Shown here: piece by piece, positions 56,390 through 64,000 of the stretch | How the letters are laid out: every line of letters starts with the position of its first letter | Numbering within the stretch: the stretch's first letter is position 1 | Assembly: GCA_030141605.1 (NCBI GenBank) | Contig: JAQGDQ010000009.1 | Coordinates: forward strand, 620,001-684,000 | Direction of reading: 5' to 3' | DNA: 64,000 nucleotides | Source: Tubiluchus corallicola | Taxonomy: Eukaryota; Animalia; Priapulida | Notes under the pieces: model-generated | Database searches by the model: none | What the model was told of the DNA's origin: nothing | The model's input: only the letters and a program-made list of their open reading frames with translations | Made by a program: the position numbers and the translations under genes

Positions 56390-59300
56390 TCACACCTCAG
56401 ACACCTCAGAAACTTGTGTCACTAATAATGAGGAAGACCTGAAATACACAATTGTATCACAATTAAATAGATGCCCTTAGATAAGACCCTCTAATTACAG
56501 TTTTAATGGTTAAATTATCTACACTCCGAATTCATGATTAGTTGATAAATTTGTGAGTTTAATATAAACGATACGTTTTAATTAGCACAGTATCAATATT
56601 GTATTAACAGTTTTGTTTGTCAAAACTGCCACGATCATGATTATTGTACTGTAGTACTCATCATTGTCATCATGATCATGACCATTATTATGATCAATAT
56701 CAACTTCATCATATTCATCATCATCATTGTCATCATCATAATCATCATTGTCGTCGTCGTTATCATCTGCAACAATAGCACCATCATCATCAGCAGCAGC
56801 AGCAACAGCCGTACTATCTACTCCATTTAATAGTTCACTATTATAATAATTAGGTATGCAATACTTGATTCAGTATTATAATTAGGCAGGTATAATATAA
56901 CTAGATAGGCCAGTGTTTACATTCCCCACTACGGTGCACTTTTTTACGATTCAGCCACTACAAGCCAGAATGTAGCCTTCAGTAACAGGCCTTTCTCCAT
57001 GTCATGTTTGTGGAGTGACCGGAGCCTGAGACACTATCAAAGATATGTCTCTAAAATGAATCACTGAACCAGCAGAAGAGCCTCATCCATGTTTAAATGT
57101 ACATACATTCTTGCTCTATGAGGTGAATAGCCAACATCAGTGTCAAGTGAAACTGCCGGAGCAAGTATTGAACTGGAGCAATTGAAAAAGTAAGAGCCCT
57201 GATTAGTCAAGCGAATGCATCCTACTGTTACCTGAATGTCGTAAATACATATAATTTTATGAAGAAATGAAGAAGAAACTTACGTATTATCAGGTAGATA
57301 AGTTTGAATGACTTGGTGTGTAGGACCACCATTTGGAGCAGACATGGACGTCTTCTTCATAGATAGCTTTCGACTGATATATGATCCGCCCCGATTCAGT
57401 CCCAATCTCTCTGTTATCGGTGGAACCATTAGTATTAAGGCGCTTGTTACGATCAAACCTCCAGCGAAATAGAATGACAGGAGATATGACTGTTTTCTAT
57501 CATATATCCAACCTGTAAAAAATGATTTATGAACAACTTTGATCTCAAAATACTATTATGTGCAGAAGACAAACCTAACCTTGACCACAGGAGGTTGTTG
57601 GAATAATCTTGGAATAACTTTGGAATGACAGACTGAGGTATTCTTGAAATTAGTACATACTTATAAATGTTTGATAAAAGAATGTAATGTAGGGGCACAA
57701 TAGGGCCTAAACCGTTGAATTTACAAGATTTTATGGTATCCCAGATATGTTGACAAGGTCACGGTCAGTTATGGGTACAGACTTTAAATAAATTACTCTA
57801 GCTATATATGCTGTTAGTTTGCCTATATATAAATTAAACGTTTACGTAAAACTTGATATACATTTATTAAACACTTAAATATTTCAGATAAAACACACCA
57901 TAAACAAATTTTCAAGTGGACTTACCTGCCGCTGGAGCACCAATCAAAGCTCCTGCTGCTTCGTACAGGATAATAAATCCATAAGCATTAGTCATTCTGT
58001 GCAGTCCTACAAACTTGGTGATGATTGCTGGCAGGAACACACCAAATGTTCCGCCTAACAGTCCCAGTAAAGCACAGTATGCAGCTATGTATTCGTAGCT
58101 TGAAACAAGCGGTACTAACATTGTCACAGTTCCACACAACAGAAACAAACCAATGTACATCTTAACAGGACACAACTTCAGAAAGTGCATAAGGCTACCA
58201 AACAGAATTCTACCACTAAAGGAAGCTGCTCCTATGATAGATATTAATAATGAAGACGATGTGTCACTGTTCCCCAGTGTTGTGACATAAGCTGGAATGT
58301 GCAGAAACAGTGCAGACAGTCCTAAACAGAATAGAAGGTTGTTTATGCAAAGTTTCGTGAAGTTTTCTTTCCTGAGCATTGACATACGAAACAGTTTGGG
58401 CTTGTTTTCCACGTGAACTGGATGGTTCTTCAATGGAAAGAATGCTGCACCACAGGCACAAAAGTTCAACATGATTCCAGCAGATATCAGCATGCTTTGC
58501 CTCCAGCCATATTCTTCTACCATCAGGCGATAGATGGGTGGATATACCAACATCCCAAAACCCACACCAGATGTGCCCACACCCATTGCAAGATTTCTCT
58601 TTTTCTCAAAATAATGTGCTGTTGCTATAACTGATGGAAAGTAGCCAAAACCAAGTCCAAACCCTGAAAATTAAGAAATTTAAACTGAACTGACTAAACT
58701 GATTATAAAACCAACTGAGTTAAAACGTAATCCTTCAATAAAGTAATCAATTATTAGCCCTATGGTGTCCAGACCCAAATAACGCATGTCTTTGAGTTCA
58801 ACTGAACTCGTCTCTTTACAAACTTTTATTTCATGTACATTATAAACTAGAGCCTCTTTACAAACTTTTATTTCATGTACATTACAAACTAGAGCCTCTT
58901 TACAAACTTTTATTTCATGTACATTACAAACTAGAGCCTCTTTACAAACTTTTACTTCATGTACATTACAAACTAGAGCCTCTTTACAAACTTTTATTTC
59001 ATGTACATTACAAACTAGAGCCTCTTTAAAAACTTTTATTTCATGTGCATTATAAACTAGAGTCTCTTTACAAACTTTTATTTCATATACATTATAAAAT
59101 ACTTCATAGAGAGTTTCATTTAGCTAGACGCTTAAATAAGCTGGTATTCACCTCTCACTGTAGAAATTCTGAAATGAAGTTAAATTCACTCACCTACTAG
59201 AACTCCAAAACTGACACATAGGTACATGATGCTAGTAGCAAAAACACTGGCAATAAAGCCAACAGCGGATAAAATTCCTCCTGCTATTGTTACCGCGCGC

Positions 59301-60042
59301 CATCCAAACCGGTTTATCAGAACCCCACAAACCAGAGCTAAAATAAAAACAGGAAAAACTTTGAAATGCACGACTAAACCCGCTGATAAAAATCCCGCAA
59401 ATGAAGCTAAAAAGGGAAAAAGTAGAAATGCATTTAGAAGGGCACATTATCAAGTTATGAGCCACTGTACTCCCAGAGGAGGCTCATCCACATTAGATCC
59501 TCCCTCTACGAGATAAATATGAAACAGTCTGGATCAGCATGATGAATCAAACCACCCAAGCGATTATCGAACCCAGGCCGTCAAAGCCAATCATGCAAAG
59601 CATGAGCGTGTATCCACTCGACTATGAAATCCACCATAAGAGAAAGAAACTTAATTTTTTAATTTAAAAACTAGAATATAATGCTGTTTCAGAAACAGAA
59701 CTAGCTCTTCTGGCAAACACAATTTTAATATAAATTCTCAGAAACGGATTGCATGCATAATGGATTAATTGCATCTATTATAATAATTGCAGCATCTGGA
59801 TTTTTAATAAAGGTATCAATAATTAAAAGCTTTAACTTACCGCTGACATAAACTGCTGCTGTATTTATGGAACCAATCCATGCTGTTGCAGCCCGACTCT
59901 CCTCATACTCCTCCAAGAACACGACGTTGAACACGCCGACTGACCAACAGACGCCAAACGCCAAGGAATTGACAACAAATGCGCAAAAGGCCACCACCCA
60001 GGCCCAGCCGTGGTCAAGTTGAGGTGATTCTAGATGCGTCAT
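56390..60042 (-). CDS. SLC16/monocarboxylate transporter family paralog 3 (more divergent), 453 aa, or 475 aa with an optional 66-nt exon
   Basis: Exons 60042-59841, 59337-59194, 58663-57926, 57512-57284, [57172-57107], 56438-56390. Motifs DHGWAWVV, AATAWIGSI, YGWRQSMLISAG, GAPAAGWIYD. Ends LVTQVSEVSEV*. The start could extend upstream through the acceptor near 60067. Confidence 0.9.
58812..59098. repeat. 42-bp minisatellite, ~6.8 copies
   Basis: Unit ctctttacaaacttttatttcatgtacattacaaactagagc. Unrelated in sequence to the 42-mer in ATE1. Confidence 0.96.
59420..59632 (-). mobile_element. Possible tRNA-derived SINE
   Basis: The minus strand reads TAGTCGAGTGG (A-box-like, 59624-59614), then GGGTTCGATAATC (B-box-like, ~59574-59562). 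No cloverleaf, and the 3' end is uncertain. Confidence 0.4.
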
Positions 60043-60466
60043 TTTCTCAGAGGATTTCTGTTCATGCTGCAACAAGCAACATGCACTTTCTAAAACATGC
60101 AGTATTTTTATATAGTAGGAACGGATAACAAAATAAATGGTTAGTTTAAAATTTAATTTGACCTAGAGGTGAAACTTGGTCAACCAAAAGGGCAGTCTCT
60201 CTATCCTGTAAGGCTAGAGGTGTCAAACTGTCCATGAAGAAATGGCCACTAGTCTACTTGAAACCAGCACTGTGCTACGGGTTCACAGCAGAATTAAATG
60301 GTTAGATGAAAGCTATGATGTAGAAAGTATCGCAAATTTTGGGGACTTGCTGCACTAGTGTGACGTCACTAATTCACGTGAGGTAAGAAAATCGGGCATT
60401 TCAGTTGCACGTTTACAAAATTGCGTGAAATAGAGTTCGTTGTGTAATTCTTGCTGGTGCGCTCTA

Positions 60467-61047
60467 GGCCCATTTCACAATGAGGGCCGCAAAGAAGATA
60501 ACACAGGGAATTGCTACCAGAAAACATTTAGAAAATTTCCGATGTCTTCTCGAAATCCCTTGCAGCAAGAAAGTTTATTTCACAGTGAAACCGTGTTTTT
60601 CCATGTGTCCAGTTAGCTGCAGCTACTTTGCGAGTTTTATACTGTATAATCGTGTCTAAATTAACTTATACTTGCCGTATTTCTCAAATACAAAATATAA
60701 ATTAATAATGTTAGTCACTGTAATGTCAGACCTGTTTTTTTTCTAGTAAAGTTCTACTAATCACTTCAACATCTATTTTATATACATATATAAAATGAAT
60801 GTATGCGTGAGTTATTTTCTTTTTTACGAATGTAGCCATCGATGTTCCATTAATAAAACATAAAAACATCAGTCTGTTAAAAGAGAGATAAGATCTCATT
60901 TTATGCTGAAATGCGTTAATTGTTGTAAGTTAAATAAGAAAGAAGTAACCGAGTAGTTAAATTTTAGACTGAATTCAGCGAGGATTCCCCACGAAAATGC
61001 ATTCATCGCTAGGAATTTTGCCGCGCGTTCTCATTGTGAAACGGGCT
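60467..61047. mobile_element. PIF/Harbinger-like MITE (581 bp) upstream of SLC16 paralog 3
   Basis: TIRs GGCCCATTTCACAATGAG and CTCATTGTGAAACGGGCT match at 16/18. 3-bp flanks are CTA and TTA. Confidence 0.75.
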
Positions 61048-62539
61048 TTAGCTTTATTCCACGACAATTCGTTTCAAAAACGCATCGCTAGCTCAGTGCT
61101 GCTTTGCCAAGTTTATTATTGTTCATGCCGGAGTGAAAGTTGGGATGATCACTAATCGTGCTGAAACAAACAACACTAAGCATTCTAAAATCACCATTCC
61201 ATCAGTCATGCTACGTACTTTTTGTGCTCAGTGTATAGAAATAAAATGCTATAAATTAGAAAATAATCTTCATGGGACAGTACTGTTCAGAAGTCGTGCC
61301 TGTGTAGGCCTATAATATTATGACAATGATATTTGCGCAAGATTGTAAGAGGATTCTGTTAAATAAAAAATTGATTACAGGAACGAGATTTCAAGAGGAA
61401 ATGAACAAAATTGTGCCATATAAGCTGCTTCATGCAAATAAATGCGTTAAAATTGCCCTAGTTACTACTACGTCGCATAAACAGCTGGAAAATATTTTCA
61501 TTTTAAGAATAGCAGAATTTAACTTTTGCAAATGAAACTTCGTGCTCATAATTTTCATTTTGCTTGATAAATACAATCTTGGAAATAGTCATACGCTCCC
61601 AGGTACAGCATATGTTTATACCTTTTTTTGGTAAAAACATAGGTTGACCACAAACGTACAGTCATCTTGCAAACACGTTAAATTCTTTCTTCGCACCATT
61701 GAGCTTATAGAAAGCGCAAACAGTCGACCCTCGCTTCGACACACCTAGATTATCATCCGGCAGATTATTATTCAGATCAATGCAGCTAGAGCGCTTCAAA
61801 AACCAAGTACAGAAGCCTAGAATTCTGCCTAGCAACATCCTCAACGCACGCGAATTAGCAATCCACGCAGAATCATAACGCACGCACGCACACATTCAGC
61901 GATGTTAAAACTGCGAATGAACCGTCGTGAAACAGCAAAGCTCCCGAAGAAAAAGGATACTAATTTTATCCGCGAAAAGGATTTTGTGTGTAACGTTAAA
62001 CGCACATTGCCCTGAAGGAATTGCCACAACTGTTCGGATTCCCTCTGAGGGCATGTGTGATCACTTAGCCTACATGCTCAACATGTTTTTATATTGAGTT
62101 CAGGTTACTAGCAGACCGAAGTAAACAAGAGTTCATTTATTTTTCCATAAATTGAAAAGTTATAAATTTTTTAATTAGCTGGAATTATTGAATTTTCAAT
62201 TATTGAATTATTCAATTATTGAATTAGCAATTTAATGACCTCACTTACGCCACAATGACCAAACTTTTAACGGACCTTGCATGTTTTACAGGCCAAACCT
62301 GAAAACTATTAAAACCATTTGGTTAGATTTTAAAAGCCTGAGTTTTAATTTTAAGAGACTAAGAGAAATTGTGTGACTAACGTTCATATTATAAACAAAA
62401 ATGAAACAAAAATGAGAAACGACTCCTAATTATATGGTTATTAAGAACTCGTTTTCCTCTTCATCAATCAGTCTCCTAATTTTTTTGCTCCAGCTTAATA
62501 ACACGTATGTACAGCTGTATAAAGAGGCGTTTACCTGGT

Positions 62540-63700
62540 ATCCGCAATGTGTTATGTGCTATCCACTTGTGGAATGGTTGCATATAAAAAATCAAAAGGA
62601 AATAGCTACAGAAAAAATAACGCAGATCTGATAAACGGGTGCATTGAAAACAATACAAACCGACTTCTATTCCGCATAACAAATACGCATTGCGGATGCC
62701 AGTTAGACGCCGCTTTACAGCTATTCTAGCTGAAGCTACTAACTAAATATCTAGTATCTAAATATATAAATAACGCCTGAATATTTCCTGATGTAACATA
62801 TCGATTTTGCCCGAGTGCTTAACATCTTTGCATTAATATTTTGCATATGGATAGCTGCATAACGGCGTATAAAACTAATGTCATACCACTTGAATGCATG
62901 TATTCGTGTAAGCAACCCCATAGTTCAATATGTTACTGTACAATGTACATGCCGGGAAATACAGTATTAGAGTTTCGTGAATCGTTACGTTACTTATTTA
63001 ATGGTTTATGATAGTGGAAAGTGGGCATACATTATACAGATGCTGCATTTTTTATGATAGCGCATTGCGTGTACTGCAAGTTGCATGCAAAGACCGTACG
63101 AATCTTTGCACTGAGTAACTGAAATATGAAATACGAATCAACCCACCACGCTTACACGCCTAAAATTTACGTGCAGGCTAATGACAATTTTTAGACCTTG
63201 GTGCTAATTGCGCTTTGAATTTCCACACGTGATGCTTGCCCTCGTTATACTGGTATTCCACAGGGCTAGACGTTTATTATATTCATCTTTTAACCTAACT
63301 GCATATATATATATATATATATTTATTTATTTATATATATATGCAGTTAGGTTAAAAGATGAATATAATAAACGGTATATAATATAAGTTAACAATAAAA
63401 TCATAGAATGCTGTTGGAAGCTTTGGAGCCAATCACCTTTGTAAGAAAATCAACTTAGTGACTAGTAGTCCGCAAATTAAAAAACGACATTAGGCATACC
63501 TCATAAAGTGGCGTTTGCCAAACGTACGGAATGTGTTATGAGTTACCAATCTGAGGGACAGCTACTGATTAAAAACCCATAAGAAATAGCTGCAGAAAAA
63601 ATAACGCGTAACGCAGGTCTGGTAAAAGGTGCACTGAAAACAATATAAACCGATTTTATCTATTCGCTTCGGCATAACGCATACGCATTCCGAATGTTAA
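62540..63700. repeat. Two diverged direct copies of a ~160-bp segment (~62540-62700 and ~63527-63697)
   Basis: Shared collinear words aatgtgttatg, gaaatagct.cagaaaaaataacgc, gtgca.tgaaaacaata.aaaccga, gcataac..atacgcatt. Confidence 0.8.
63271..63374. repeat. Perfect palindrome with ~43-bp arms and an AT-only centre
   Basis: cgtttattatattcatcttttaacctaactgcatatatatata ... tatatatatatgcagttaggttaaaagatgaatataataaacg. Confidence 0.95.
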
Positions 63701-63888
63701 CTAGTAATTCTAGTAAACGTCACTTACGCCAGTATAATGTGGAAAATTAACGCAAACAGTTAACGTAGCTACAGGAATTAAAATTCTTAACTATATAGCT
63801 ACTAGGCATGGCCTATAAACCAAGGTAACAGACAAGTATTATTGTAGGAGAAATACTGTATGATACCACTGTGTGGATGTTAAATATG

Positions 63889-63921
<33 letters not shown>

Positions 63922-64000
63922 AACAATAGTGCCAGACTGTTAATAATTATACATGATTAAAAACATTGATGAAGCGATGTTAGTAAATAAAAAATACTTA

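Noticed and set aside
58812-59098. CRISPR array, or a relative of the ATE1 42-mer
   Set aside because: Head-to-tail repeat with no spacers and no sequence similarity to the other 42-mer. The equal length looks coincidental.
59560-59632. tRNA gene
   Set aside because: A- and B-box-like words are present but I could not build an acceptor stem or cloverleaf. Kept only as a possible SINE head.
61133-62729. Short ORFs near the window end
   Set aside because: No recognisable motifs or consistent splice-phase chain. Sizes are as expected by chance.

Overview
AT-rich, intron-rich animal (invertebrate-like) genomic DNA, not prokaryotic, so most entries in the ORF track are exon fragments or noise. 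I assembled five spliced genes by reading splice sites and frames by hand. (1) ATE1 arginyl-tRNA--protein transferase on the minus strand, with its 3' end running off the window start. (2) LTN1/listerin E3 ligase on the plus strand, head-to-head with ATE1: 28 coding exons, 1769 aa, one GC-AG intron. (3-5) Three tandem SLC16/MCT-family transporter paralogs on the minus strand, each ending in a tiny exon that encodes an S-x-V C-terminus. The introns hold non-autonomous DNA transposons (hAT-, Kolobok-, Harbinger- and foldback-like), a 5'-truncated LINE, minisatellites and palindromes. The main finding is in ATE1. It has a pair of homologous, probably mutually exclusive exons (2527-2694, missed by the ORF track, and 2001-2162). 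A 23-nt intronic element (2434-2456) can pair either across the 3' splice site of the first exon or with a site upstream of the second. The G-U wobbles work only on the transcribed strand, which points to a competing RNA-structure splicing switch. All models are from manual reading, with no database or RNA evidence.
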